From NCBI GenBank assembly GCA_013265495.1, contig MU058000.1, positions 1,736,001-1,800,000 of the forward strand: a stretch of DNA of 64,000 nt, in the 5' to 3' direction. The notes below the pieces were generated by a model, which searched no databases, was not told the DNA's origin, and saw nothing but the letters and a program-made list of their open reading frames with translations. Shown piece by piece: positions 38,913 to 51,829 of this stretch; position 1 is the first letter of the stretch, and each line of letters opens with the position of its first letter. Origin of the DNA: Vicugna vicugna. Its lineage: Eukaryota. The position numbers and the translations under genes were made by a program.

Positions 38913-41900
38913 AATTCCAGAGTTATAGTGTGCTCTGCTGGGCTCTGAGTTATTCTAAGAACCCAATGACACGCCTAGCTGCTTAGTGCTGGTGCTCTTC
39001 TATTGCCTGTGCTGGATGTCTGCTGACGTGATCCCCGCTGTCACTACACTGAGGACCTTTATGTATTTTAATAGGGTTACTGTTGGGTGAATGGATCAAC
39101 AGCAGGTGCATTCCAGGCTGAATGGTTGCCTATCCACAAGATTAACTCAGCCAAATAAAGGATTTATTTGCAGCCAAAGCCTCAAACAGTGCAATCACAT
39201 CACCTCTATCCATCAGTATCAATGAAATCACAAGAAACCTAAGAATTATCTTTATCATCAGGGACATGCTTTTTATATATATATATATGTATGTATGTAT
39301 ATAGGCTTTCTCTCTATATATATAGGCTGTCTTCTGGGCATGGATATACTTGAGTCTAATTTTAGTGATGCAGGGGAAATTCGTGGATCTGTTGAGTCCA
39401 CAAGTAACTGATTTCATCACAGGAGTTGTTTTTCTTAATGATTTCCAGGTTTAAATATTTTCAGTTCCTAAATGTGCCTGCCGTGGTAGCTTCTGTATTC
39501 ACTGCAAAGTATAAATTTCACTTGACTTCATCATATACTCAAAATCTCTGAATTGTTATTTCAAGTAACGAGGAGTAGACATGCAAACTCATGGCCCAAG
39601 ATCACAGTAGCCCTAACTAAGTTGACCTAATTCTTTATATTCTCCAGAGAGTCCAAAATTTGTATCTCTATTTATAAAATCATCTGTTGCCCGTTGTGCA
39701 ATACAAATGATACCAGTCCTCAAGTATTACAGTCACATCACTTCAAATATTACCGTCAAATCACTTCAAATAATGACCTCACCTTTCTACCCACTAATTT
39801 ATTCAAATGGAACTTGGCACAACCTTAACAGATAAAGGTCAGGAATACATGACAGGGTATACTTATCAGTGATAAGATCAAGGGTTAAAAAGTTCAGTGA
39901 GCTGAGTTATGAGGAGATGTTGTAAGGCAGAATGAGATTGAACATAAATTTTTAAAAAATTAATGAAACTTCAGTGAAAACCTGAAGAGACAGTGAAATA
40001 GAGTCGGCAATGATGTGTTACTCTGTGTTTCAACAGTATTATTCTTAACCAAGAGAATATCAAATGTTCCAACTCAACATTAATTGACTTATTTGGATAA
40101 TGCTACCATTCCACTTTGAAGTACATCCCCTTATAGCTGGGGCAAAGACCTGAACAAAGTAGGTTACCAATAACATGACAATGGAGGAAAATAGACAAAT
40201 TTAATATCATGGCCCATGAAATTTCAGACAAAACCTAGGGAAATACAATTAAAGAAATGTATGAAAATTTAGAATTATCACTTCCTGACCATTCACAGAC
40301 AAAAATGACCATGTGACTCAAGAAAAGACGGAATAAAACTTAAAACAGGATTCTGCCTATGAATTATTTCTGGTAATGCCTTGTGAATCTCATTAAGCTT
40401 TTTCTCTAAGGAAAGATGCTATAGCTTTTACATCATGGGATTTTTTTTTCTCTATTCAATTTTGGTCATTATTAATCCAAGAAATCTGGAAAAGCTGTTA
40501 GATTCCAAGCTACTTTCATGAAAGACGAGCTTAACAATAGGAGATCTCAGATTGTTTAAGGACACATTTTCTTTTAGGTAAAGCAACATTTCACAGAATG
40601 CTATCATCAGACATTTGGCAATTCCCTTGCCTTCCAAATAAGAGCCTTGCTTAGCATATGTGGGAACTGAGAGATTGCACATATTGGTTAAGCCAGAATT
40701 CAAGTAACCAACATGTGGAAGACATCAGAAAAAGTTATTCCAGTGATCTCACATTGGCAAATACGGAGCTATGACTGTTTCCAGAATAAACAGATCATTC
40801 TGCTTGACTGTGCACACCCATGTGTGAACACATGTAGACGCACAGGGAATTGAAGAAATGAAGTAAAGAGGGAAGAGCAGAGACTCAGGAAAGAAAGAAG
40901 CTGTGCCCCACTGGATGGCTATAATCATGCAAGGTAACCCACACCATTGCTCAAAGATGGGAAAATATTGGAGGAAAGGAGAGTGAGGAATCGGAGGAAG
41001 AATCCATTTTCCACTTCACCTGAATCCTTCCATATGCACAGCCAGCCACGCTAAAAATTTAAGAATTAGTTAAGTTTGGAATGACCTTTTCCTTAAGCTT
41101 CAGCTTGGTAAAATGTATGGCGGGGGTTGCAGGTGTGAGAAATGTAGGAATAAAATACATGGACTGCTCAGATAGCAACTCCACTGGATTGATATTTCCT
41201 GAAGGAATCTGGCTGCCTCCTTTCACTGACAAGTTGCCATGTAAGTAATATTAATGTGAGAAGAAAGGTACTTGGTTGCTGAAAGTCCCTCACCAAAGCA
41301 AGCAGGAAATACCTTGGGTGTAGCCAGGCTTTGGACACTCTTCAAGGACTCCTGAGAGTCAAGACAGAGGTTTGGCTTCATGCAAGTTATTTCCTTTTTA
41401 AAACATTACTTTTGATTTAGAAAGTCAGTTACTAATGTTACCAAGACTAAGAAAAGGAAGATATATACCAGCCTTGCCCCCATTTTCTTTTTAAAATATC
41501 CAAGTGATATTTTACTGATCTTTTGGGAAGGAAAAAAAGTTAAGACTGCAGTTGAAGATTCACCTGAATTGTGGAAAAGAACATAGTATTAAGAGAAAAT
41601 CCCAGTCGCTTCACTATCCACCATCTATAGTCCCCACATGATGATTTATATTTCATTAAGTCAATACAGTCATAAGAGACACAGGACTTCATCTATAAAG
41701 CCCGAGTGATTAGATTATTGTAAATTTTTCTAGTAGGAGTTTGGGCCAAATTGCTTGTTTGATCTCAGTTAAGTGATTCTTAAACAGGGCATAGTCTTAT
41801 CAGTGAATTCCATATTTTAAAAAGTGAAAATTCTAGTCACAAAGAAATTGAGTGTAGATGAGAGGAAGGAATATTTACTTTGTTTACTTCTTGTGAGTTT

Positions 41901-42004
41901 TATTATTTTCATTATTCTTTTTTTCCATTAACGTTGCATGCAAATGTAATGTAGGAAAATTTAAGTGCAAATGAACTTGGCTCATCTGGTAAACTTCTGA
42001 AACA

Positions 42005-42468
42005 GGTGAATTAATTAATATTCCATTCAGTATGGCATAAGAGAACCCCCATATTATCGTAGCCTAAACAAGAGAGGGGTATGTTTATTGCCCACATCAG
42101 TGAAAGTAAGCCATCTATTACTGCACTGACAGTGATCCAAGTCCCTGTGGATTTCAATTTGATGACTTCACAACCCATTAGGTAATGACTTCTATCCTCA
42201 TGGTCCAAGATCATGGTCCTAAACAGCTAAACAAATGTAGAGAAGAAGGCAGGAGATAAGTGACAAAGGACCAGCACCAGTAGTATCTAATAGATGACCT
42301 AAGAAGATGACATAAGAAACCCATATTTATGTCCTATTGACAATTAGTCACATACCTAAGTCTTGCTTCAAGGAAGCATATAACTTTGTTATCGTGGGTG
42401 TCTTAAATTTTATTACGAGAGAAGAAAGGACATTGAGGAGCAACTGACTGTTATCAGTATATGCCACA
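42005..42468 (-). mobile_element. MaLR LTR (MLT1J-like)
   Basis: gtagcctaaacaagagag...tcctcatggtccaagat...tcctattgacaattagtcacatacc...gcaactgactg...tgccaca. Confidence 0.65.
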
Positions 42469-43814
42469 ATATTTTTACTCTGGAAGCCTTTGACAAGCAA
42501 GTCACATTTTTCTTCCCAAGGTCTAACAAAATCATGACCAGGACAAACAAGCATCTGGCACATTTATTAATATTCCATAAGAGAAATAAATAGATGAATA
42601 GAATTTTCACTAGGACATTCTGAATCTTGATAAAGTAAACTTTTCAAAGAAACAATAGAATGCACTGTAATGGGACTTTTATCTAATTCCATTTTTTAAA
42701 ATTCTCTTGGAGTTTGTACAGATTTTACACTGGGATACTTTAGTTATGTTTACTGAGTAAGCATAAAAGACGTTTAATGTTTATAGAATCCAAAACTCTA
42801 AGCTGAAATTCCTATGAGATAAAGATTTTTATACATAACACATGTGAGATCTAGAGAGAAAATTAATCAAAATTGCATAGTTAAAACCTATTTATCTGAA
42901 TGTACAAAGTGAGGGTTTTTCTACTTTTATATTCTGATTTTCCACTGTGAACCTGAATGTCTTGATTGTCTAAATTCAGAATAACAAAAGGTAGTATGAG
43001 AGTGAATAAACCAAGAAATCAAAATATGGCTGTATTCTGTACCCCAAACTATTGTAAGCTTTCTATCATTAGTATTTCCCAAATGCCTCTTAAATAGTTA
43101 ATCGCCAAAGACATTTTTTTTAAAAAGCAGGGAAGACTGAAGTTTATTTTCATTTCTCCTGATTTAAAAAAAAAATCTTTTACTGAACATTTATATAAAA
43201 GTTTCTTCATGTGCAGAAAGAGACAATGTTCATGTTCATAATTTCAAATTCACTTCAGCTGAGAAGAGTGTTACAACATTCAGGAAAAATAAAATGGAAA
43301 ACCATCTGCTTACCCATATGTGTGGAGTCAAAATGTCATGGGAAAGCTGGAGCTTGTAAGAAGAGTGGGTATTACATTGATCAATCTTCTTTACTCACTG
43401 TACAGGATTTTTGATGGTGCTAGCTATTATTGCCTTAAACATTCTCTATTTTTTATTTGTTTTTTAAATCATAAGATAGTGGTCAATAAAAATAAACAAA
43501 ACCAAATAAGACAGAGTGCCATTTTTCTCAGGCCAGAAACAAAAGTGGATCTTGGAAGTACAGGTCACGACAAAACGTGTTTTATTTCAAGCCTTCAACT
43601 TGCAAAAGGTCATTCTCCTTATAGAAAGGATAGCACCTGTCTGATATACTTGTATCTTCGAGGGCAAAAGCTGTTGAAGCAGAAACATGAGTGGCTCTTT
43701 CTTCCTGCTGGTTATTTCTGTTTGGTCTTTTCAGAGGCTAGGTCCTTTCATTATCTGAGAGGAAGAAATTAAGTACATCTAAGACTTAAACACCTATCAA
43801 ATTGTTCCAATAGA

Positions 43815-44098
43815 GTTTTCTTAGGCTCTGGGATGCCTGAGATTTAGGGTCCTCAAAGGAAATCAGACTAAGTTCAAATAAGAGCTCTTTTAATTCCGTA
43901 TCCCTCCCTGATTGTTGGGAAGCAAATTAAATATCCTGAGATCATTCATATTTGGTGATAATTCAGCTGAGATTCAGGCAAAGTAAAAATCCCAGAGAGG
44001 GTTGATAGCCGAGGGCTTAAGGCAACAACAAAGTCCCAGGAGAGTAATTTCTTTAGTCTGAAAGCAGACCCAGATGATATAGAACATTACCCACTACA
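43815..44098 (-). mobile_element. ERVL 3' LTR (LTR16-like); left boundary approximate
   Basis: The reverse complement begins TGTAGTGG immediately after a PPT-like AAGGGTGGAC. Confidence 0.55.
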
Positions 44099-44540
44099 GT
44101 CCACCCTTATGTCACTTAGATCTATTTGCTAAGTTTTGGGAGCAACTTCTCTAGAATGCTTGAGCCTCTTCTGGGGGCAAAATTTATGAGACAGAAGGTT
44201 TGTGAAAAAAAATACAACCCTCACGTATAAAGCTAGCCATAAGGTCACAACTAATTCTCAGTGTTTCCTCCTCTGTTACCATGTCTACATGCCCCTCAGC
44301 TTTGGTCCATCCCTTGGTTAATCTGGGTAATTTACATAGTGGGGTGACACAGACCCTTGTTGACAAGGATCTGAGCCCTTGTCATCGTGTTCTTCGTAGG
44401 CTATGCCTGCTATTTTTATCCATTTACCATCAAAAGTGGTGAAGGGAATAACAAAAGACCAGCAACTGGCTCAGTTGAGAGCCAGAAACTTTCCTCCTTG
44501 ACCCCAGTATGTAACAGAAGTCCTGCCTTGGCCTTATTCT
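44099..44540 (-). mobile_element. ERVL internal 3' end (ERV3-16A3_I-like; C-terminus of the pol/dUTPase region)
   Basis: ORF 44184-44366 RVCVTPLCKLPR...KAEGHVDMVTEEE resembles the ERVL motif VWVTPPGKPPR...AEGEGNLEWVVEEG. PPT at 44099-44109. Confidence 0.7.
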
Positions 44541-44549
44541 AGTTTCTGT

Positions 44550-44770
44550 GTGGAGAGCTAATTACAGGCAGGGAAGGGTGAAAGCAGAAAAGCCAGTCAG
44601 ATACTAATCAACTACAGAACAGCAAAGAGAATACTGGGCTTGGGCCCAGGTAGTGGTCATGAAAACTGTGGAAGGCAGTCAAGTTCTGGATGCATTTGGA
44701 AGGTAGGGCTAACAAGATTTGTTGAGAGAGTACATGAGGTATGAGATAAAGATTGCAGTCAAGAATGATT
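44550..44770 (-). mobile_element. L2 fragment
   Basis: ggcagggaagggtgaaagcag...ttctggatgcatttggaaggtagggctaacaagatttgttga. Confidence 0.7.
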
Positions 44771-45139
44771 ATTTTCTAAAACGTGCAGATCTTGAAGACT
44801 CCAGTTTTTTGTCAAGGAGCTGCTTTTATATATCAAAAGATTTATTTTAGAAACAAGGTTATTCTCTGTTCCTATAAAATGGGATTCCCACTTCAGCAAC
44901 ATGTTTCTGACAATGATACTAACCATTTTCTCTAGGTATACAAAAGTACAGTCTAGTTGGCTAATATCAGTTCACCTCGTAAAGGGTCTATTGACTAAAT
45001 GAGCTTAGCCAAATAAAATTTATAAGATCAAATAGAACAAGAATTTTCACAAGTGACGTCAGTTGACTCCTTCAGCTTTATCTCTTCATTCTACTTTGAC
45101 TTGCTGATGCAGTAATAGAGAAGAAATTGTAGTACCTGA

Positions 45140-45445
45140 AATTGCTACGCTCTCTCTCACTTCTATTCAAAACTCCTCACCCCTTTTAAGACTACGCTGT
45201 GATGTAATCCTCCAGAAAACCTTTCCTCATATCCCTACGTCTGCTCTTCCCTGAAGTCACGCTGTTGTGTCTCGACATGTCTCATGGTATTTTTCTGATT
45301 GTACTGTAACTGAATTATCTTTCTAGATCTGCAAGTCCCTGAAAACAAAGGATCAGTCTGACTTGTTATTGTATTCCCAGCACCTTGAACATTTTCTAGC
45401 ATAAAGAAAGTAGCCAGTAGGTATTTGTAAAATATATAGATGACT
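45140..45445 (+). mobile_element. L2 3' end
   Basis: ctgcaagtccctgaaaacaaagga...gtattcccagcacc...gtaggtatttgt. Confidence 0.65.
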
Positions 45446-46959
45446 CCTATTTTATTTTAAAGAAGAGATTAGTACCTACCTACTCAAGAATGTATCAAAC
45501 ACTACTCTTAGAGGTCAAATCTAGAGCAAATGTCTAAACTTTAAGGCTCAAAATATTCACTTAAATGATTCATTAAAAATAAAGATAAAAAATATTTTTA
45601 AAGACTCTGATTTCGCTTGTTTGAATTGGGGCCAATGATAATTCTGATGTAGATTTCTTTAACAAACCAAACTTATAGACACCCTGGCCTAGGGTTCTCA
45701 GAAAAAAAAATGAAAAACAAAAAATTCTCTTATCCAACCATGTAAAGTAGTATAATTGGCAGTTGAAATTAAGAGGTGATCTGAATCCTGAATTCTTATT
45801 TTTATCACAGAAAGCCAAAATCTACTTACAACAAAAAGCCTTACAAGAAGTTAGATCTAGAATTGAATTGCATTATGAGTAATGCATAAAAGATCAGCCA
45901 ACCCCACATTCTAATACCTACAAATTTAATCAGCTTTATTCTGAAAAAGTTTATTTAGCTAAACTTATTGAAAATTCTCATTGTTCATTATTTTTTAAAT
46001 GTCAAAGAGCTCATGATTATCTAAAGGATGTTAATTGCTAGGTATCTGTTCAATATATTGCAGTTAAGATTTTATTTATTGTTAATTGTACATTATTTTT
46101 AAAATTAAATTTGTACAAATTTAAATTGTGTAAATTTTTTAAGTGACTTACTTTTTCAAACACTGGACGAGAACCTGTTTACATAGGAATCAAATGTATT
46201 TCCATCAATTCCTCTTTCTTTTGGTGAAGTATAAAAGTCAGCATTTTCAGGTAAATTTATGGCTTGGTTTCTGTTAAGTTTGAATTCCCTTCCTATTGCC
46301 TTTCTAAGAAAGAAACTAATAGTTTTTTTCTAGAGGAAAACATCCCTAAAAATGGGGTGTTTTCAAATCTGTCTTTGAACAGGGAAGCATAACCATCCAG
46401 AGCAAAGCACCTTGAGACACACAAGTTTCTTCATTTCTTAGCAACATGAGACGATGCTGAGCTGGAATGTCTCTAGGGAAAAACTGAAATGCTGTGTGTG
46501 TTAATATTTCTATTCCTTTTGTGTCAGTCAGTTCTAAGTAAATGGCCATGAGGCTTCAAGTTTTCTTTAGTACACAAAGTGCCACCTCTAAATGTAGTGT
46601 CTTTTTGGAAGTTAAAAAAAATACCCCCAGGAAATTTTTTCTCAAAAGAAAAGATCTCACATTCTACTTTGAATTATTTGAAGTACCTTCAATTGCCAAT
46701 AAATTAAAATGAAACTGTCAGTATGTAGACAACTGGCTGGAACCACTCAGATATCAGTATCATCGTAATTCCTTTCCAGGTTCATTTTATGTGTCCTCCT
46801 GCCATATACTAGCAGGTCCCAAGTGTATGTCCTTTAGCAAACCATTCTTTCTCATTGTGCTACCCTCATGCATTGCTGGAAATCACAAATAAGTAAATGG
46901 GAAATAGCAGTAGAATTAGTGATGAATCTCCAGGTCCCCATTTAATTACTCTATCAAGG

Positions 46960-47115
46960 CAGGCTTCAAATGACCTTCCTGCATCTACCTTCTCCCCAGT
47001 TTATTTCCTCCCAGAGGCACAGGCAGATTAATCTTCCCAAAACTTCACTTTGATCATGTCACTTCATATTCAAGAATCCACGTGACTACCCATTGTTTAT
47101 AAACTAAAGGATATG
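46960..47115 (+). mobile_element. L2 fragment
   Basis: cagattaatcttcccaaaac...tttgatcatgtcacttc. Confidence 0.55.
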
Positions 47116-47200
47116 CTGTATTCTTTCCTTTCTATGCCTTTAATCACACCATTTATTTATTTATTTATCATTTATTTTTAATGGGAGAAAAGGAAGCAAA

Positions 47201-48276
47201 TTTTGTTTTATTTTTTCTTGATTTTTTAAATTCATGTATAGTCAGTTTACAATGTTGTGTCAATTTCTGGGGTACAGCATAATGTTTCAGTCATACATAT
47301 GCATACATATATTAGTTTTCATATTCTTTTTCATTATAGGTTACTGCAAGATATTGGATATAGTTCCTTGTGCTATACAGAAGAAACTTGTTGTGTATCT
47401 ATTTCATATATAGTAGTTACTATCTGCAAATCTCAAACTCCCAATTTATCCCTTCCACCTCCTTTCCCCCTCATGTTTGTTTTCTATGTCTGTGAGTCTG
47501 TTTCTGTTTTGTAAGTAAGTTCATATATGTCTTTTTTTTTTTTTAGAGTCCACATATGAGTGGTATCATATGGTATTTTCTTTCTCTTTCTGGCTCACTT
47601 AGAATGACAATCTCCAGGTCCATCCATGTTGCTGCAGATGGTATTATTTTATTCTTTTTTATGGCTGAGTAGTATTCTGTTGTATAAATATACCACAACT
47701 TCTTTACCCAGTCATCTGTTGATGGATTAAATGTCTTAGCTATTGTAAATAGTGCTGCTATGAACAGTGGGATACATGAATCTTTTTAAGTTAGAGTTCC
47801 CTCTGGATATATGCTCAGGAGTGGGATTGCTGGATCATATGATAAGTCTATTTTTAGTCTATTGAGGACTCTCCATACTGTTTTCCATAATGGCTGCACC
47901 AAACTACATTCCCACCAACAGTGTAGGAGGGTTCCCTTTTCTTCACACCCTCTACAGCATTTATCATTTGTGGACTTTTTAGTGATGCAACTCTGATTAG
48001 TGTGAGGTGATACCTCATTGTAGTTTTGATTTGCATTTCTCTGATAATTAGTGACACTGAGCAATTTTTCATGTGCCTATTGGCCATTTGTATGTCATCA
48101 ATGGAGATTTGCTTGTTTAAGTTTTCTGTCTATTTTTAATTGGGTTGTTTTGTTGTTGTTGTTGTTGTTGTTGTTGTTATTAAGTTGTATGAGTTCTTTA
48201 TATATTCTGGAAATTAAGGCCTTGTAAGTTGCATCATTTGCAAATATTTTCCCCCATTCCATAGGTTGTCTCTTTG
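47201..48276 (-). mobile_element. Relatively young 5'-truncated L1 with an internal (TTG)n tract
   Basis: ORFs [29 protein letters not shown] and [30 protein letters not shown] (the ORF2 cysteine-rich domain), plus a polyT tail. Confidence 0.92.
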
Positions 48277-48279
48277 GGA

Positions 48280-48433
48280 CATTCCATCTAAGTGCAACCA
48301 CCAGAGAAAGCTTAGGTTAAACCAGCCTAGGAACTGCCCAGTATACCACCAAAATTGTGATAATACTAGTGCAATATTGTTTATACCACTTAGTATTTGT
48401 TTTTCAGTTTGTTATGTAGCAAAACAGCTGACA
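48280..48433 (+). mobile_element. MaLR LTR 3' end (MLT1-like)
   Basis: aaaattgtga...ttgtttataccacttagtatttg...tttgttatgtagcaaaacagctgaca. Confidence 0.65.
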
Positions 48434-49523
48434 CGTAAAGTACGTGTTAGATGTAATTTTAGGTGCCAGATATTCATTTCTAATAAAAAAGATAGGCAAG
48501 GGCCTTGATTTCATGGTTTTTAAAGCAGAGAATGACAAAAATAAATACATGCACAAGAAAATATCATATACAAACATATAAAGTAGTGACACATTTTGCA
48601 TAGGGAATTAAAACGGTGATATAAAAGAGAGAGATTGGTAGTAAGGAAAGCCCATTTCAGGGTGACACAGGGACCCAGCCCTGTATCCAGCCTATAAAAG
48701 GGTTTTGATTGATGGCAGAGTGTTTTAATTTTGTTTCTGTTGTTTTTGTTGTCCTATTTTTAATAAATGTGAAAGCTTTTAAGAGAAACATGCCCCCTTT
48801 TCATCACAAACCCCCTGGTCCTTAGTGTCTTATATTTTGGACTCTTCATATATTTCTTATCCGTCTCACCCTGAGGGTGTCTTGTATCTTGCATTCTTTG
48901 GTTTGTCCAATTCTCCTCGCACAGGCCACAGTATTCCTTTATCTCTGCTTCCAATAGCTCTGCTCATCCTTTACAACGCAGTTCAAATCTCATTTCTTTC
49001 AATAATGCCACCTTTCCACTTTCCCAAGCCTCATCTCCAAAGTGCATTCTCTCTTCAAAAGTATAAAATGGAGACCTCATCTCCCAGGAGACAGCGCCAT
49101 ACTTATCCTAGTGGTTCTGGTAATGGTTCCAGATAATTTATATAAAATATCGAACATAGCTCCTGGCACAAGGCACAATTAAAATAAGTGATGGAGATTG
49201 TCATTATCATTGTCATCACTTTCATCATTGTATTTAATCCTTTTTAATTCAAATATAATTGATTTAGTGTCTTTAAAGCATCAGTTATGGTACTAGTTCC
49301 TGGGGAGACAGAAATGAGGTGAGTTATCTCTCTATTATGTTATTCATTGTGGGTTAATGATCATAATCAGTACAGCACATAGACCTGGGCTGCTTGGGCC
49401 CCACCATGAACCTAATGCTTTGGAGGATCCCCATCCAGCCCTCTCCAATCCATGCTCTTTCCCACAGGACCAGGAGTCCACAGGGCCAAGGAAACATGCC
49501 CACCCAATACATCCCTTCTAGAC

Positions 49524-49833
49524 CAGTGCTTCTCAAGCTATCTGTGGTGGAGAACCCATTTTTGTTCCATCTTTTCGTGTTCAATCTGTTGTGGACAAAT
49601 ATATCTGTAAAACATAATAAAAATGAATTACAAGGTAAATTAAATCTAAAAGCTGACGTCAAATGCAAACCCATTTTTCAATGATTAAACAGGAATTAAA
49701 CGACCTTGCCAAACTGCTAAAAATAAAAGTTTCTAAATTCTTACATCAATTTCTGCCCTTATTGTGTTGTAGACCAATAATAAATCTTTTCCAATCTGAC
49801 AAAAGTCTGCAGAATACATTTTGAGTAACGTTG
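49524..49833 (+). mobile_element. hAT-Charlie MITE (Charlie18a-like)
   Basis: Termini cagtgcttctcaa...ttgagtaacgttg, preceded by the hAT target-like ttctagac. Confidence 0.7.
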
Positions 49834-50361
49834 TAGTAAAAACTATTTGGAGTTCCTAGGACCCCAGAATTCCATTCCCAAATGAGCAGTAAGAATAAAT
49901 ATTTGGGTTAAGTAACTCTGGTCAAAAGGCAAAAAGTGGAATGAATTTAGGAATTATTACTGAGGTAGAAATGACAGGATATCAATTACGCCTATAATAT
50001 TTATAATACCTTTGGCTCATCTCTAAGCTTTATTCTAATAACATAAATTCTTTTTTGTGCCTCTAAGACACATCAAGAATTGGCATATATTTTTGCTTAG
50101 AGCAGCACTAGTATCTTTAAGAGCCTCGATGCAAACTTAGGACTATCTTATTTCTAAGCCTCTGCTCTTTATCTTGCACCAAGCTTACCATTTCCCCATT
50201 TTAACTGTGTCTATTCCTTAGATCCAGTCTTAGCTTCCTCTAACCTGAAAGTAAGGGCTATATATTTAGTCCTTGGAACTCACAGCATTGTATACCAACT
50301 GCTGTTCTTTGCATACAGCCCTTAACATGAAGCTATGAAACAACAAGGCTTTGAAAGAGAT

Positions 50362-50912
50362 CATGGTTCCTAACTTAGGCATGTCAGGATGCTGTGATGT
50401 ATTCACAGGGTCACCATGGGATATGTTAAATGTCCCAGGGAAACACAGAAACATCTTCTGGACACCTCAAGCACTATTAGCTCCAGTTTCTTCACAATTT
50501 CAAGATTGGATTACACTACTTTCCTTCTAGTGATACCTAACTTTGTGAAACATTTTTGAAGGTTGCTGAGATAAAAATTAAGCACCACAGGAAAGTGAAT
50601 GTGGAGCAGAAATTAAGGTAGTAGTACCCCACCGAATTTTAAGCTTTGAGAGGCTATACAATGCCCAACAGGTGTACACATCTTAAGTAGATAATTGAAG
50701 TTATGTAAGAATGAAATACTTTTTTCTTTTGATTTATGTTTATTAATTCTTAAGTGGTACTAAGTTCAGAGGACATAAATACTTCATAAAATTCTTAGAC
50801 ATAACTACTTAACCAGTGAAACTGTGTGTTTCTTTTATTCTGGCCTAGAGCACCATAAAAAATTAGTTAAGTACTCAGGATACAAGAAACAAAAAACACT
50901 GGGGAGCTTCTC
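50362..50912 (+). mobile_element. hAT-Charlie non-autonomous element (MER119-like)
   Basis: gggaaacacag...aatgtggagcagaaattaaggtag...tgcccaacaggtgtacacatc...ggacataaatact...ggcctagagcaccataaaaaatta. Confidence 0.7.
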
Positions 50913-50944
50913 ATATGAGGTTCACCTTATGCCCCCTTAAATCC

Positions 50945-51130
50945 TCCTTCATTACTTAGTGATTGTGTGATCTTGGATAAGTTTAACTATCCCATTTTTC
51001 ACCTTTATTTTTCATCAAATATGGATAATTGTATCTACTGCCAAGATTTCCTATGAAAGATTAAGTGCAGTAGTGCTTAGAACATTGTCTGTATTCAGTA
51101 AGTGCTCCATAAATGTTAGCTATTATTGTT
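50945..51130 (+). mobile_element. MIR
   Basis: ttgtgtgatcttggataagtt...gtgcttagaaca...gtaagtgctccataaatgttagctattatt. Confidence 0.8.
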
Positions 51131-51829
51131 TCTGAGTTTACAACTTCAGTTCACATTCTTTCTGTGCACTAGGTATACTTTGTAAACCCAGTGTCTCTAC
51201 TCATGCTTTGTGGTTTGAAAACAATTAAAGACAATTTTTGATTAAAAATAGTAAGATATATTACTACAGACTAGTTACCCTCCTCCTTTTATAGGATGAG
51301 ATATTAGATGAATGGATACACAGAACACATTTTTATTTTGTTATTTTGCCACATTCTACTTTATTGGAAGAAGGGGGATTTAGCAAAATTGGCAGAAGTA
51401 CTGCTAAGAACACAACTGAATGGAACTGTATCATGAACAAAGCCACAAAAAGACAGTTTCTCTATTTATCAGAATCTCTCAGCTACATGGATGGTGATGT
51501 TCACAAGGAAGATTACAGATGCATATGTAGGTAGCTTTATGGAATCTACAGGCAGGATGCCATTTCTTTGACAGCTTCTTTCTCCAGCCTCAGGGAAAAG
51601 CAACTGCCTGATTGAAATCATTTCCCTGGTGTGTGGAAGTGTAGGGGGAAGTGTAGGAAGAGCAGGTGGAAGTGTAGAAACTGAGCTGATATTCAAGCTT
51701 GCTGACAGGTAGGAGAGGTCATAAGTCTGACCAGAGAGTACTCTCCAAGCCAGAGACCACAGAACTGAGCACAACACACATAGACAGTGCTTCCTTAGAA
51801 ACCATTGGAGGGGATGGATATTTCTTGGG

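Noticed and set aside
43320..43772. Longest ORF in the window (150 aa)
   Set aside because: Non-ATG start, no recognisable domain, and a composition typical of random AT-rich DNA.
45054..45061. CRE palindrome TGACGTCA (also near 49654) and scattered AP-1 and T-box sites
   Set aside because: Isolated short motifs are expected by chance in 64 kb, and one lies inside a transposon.
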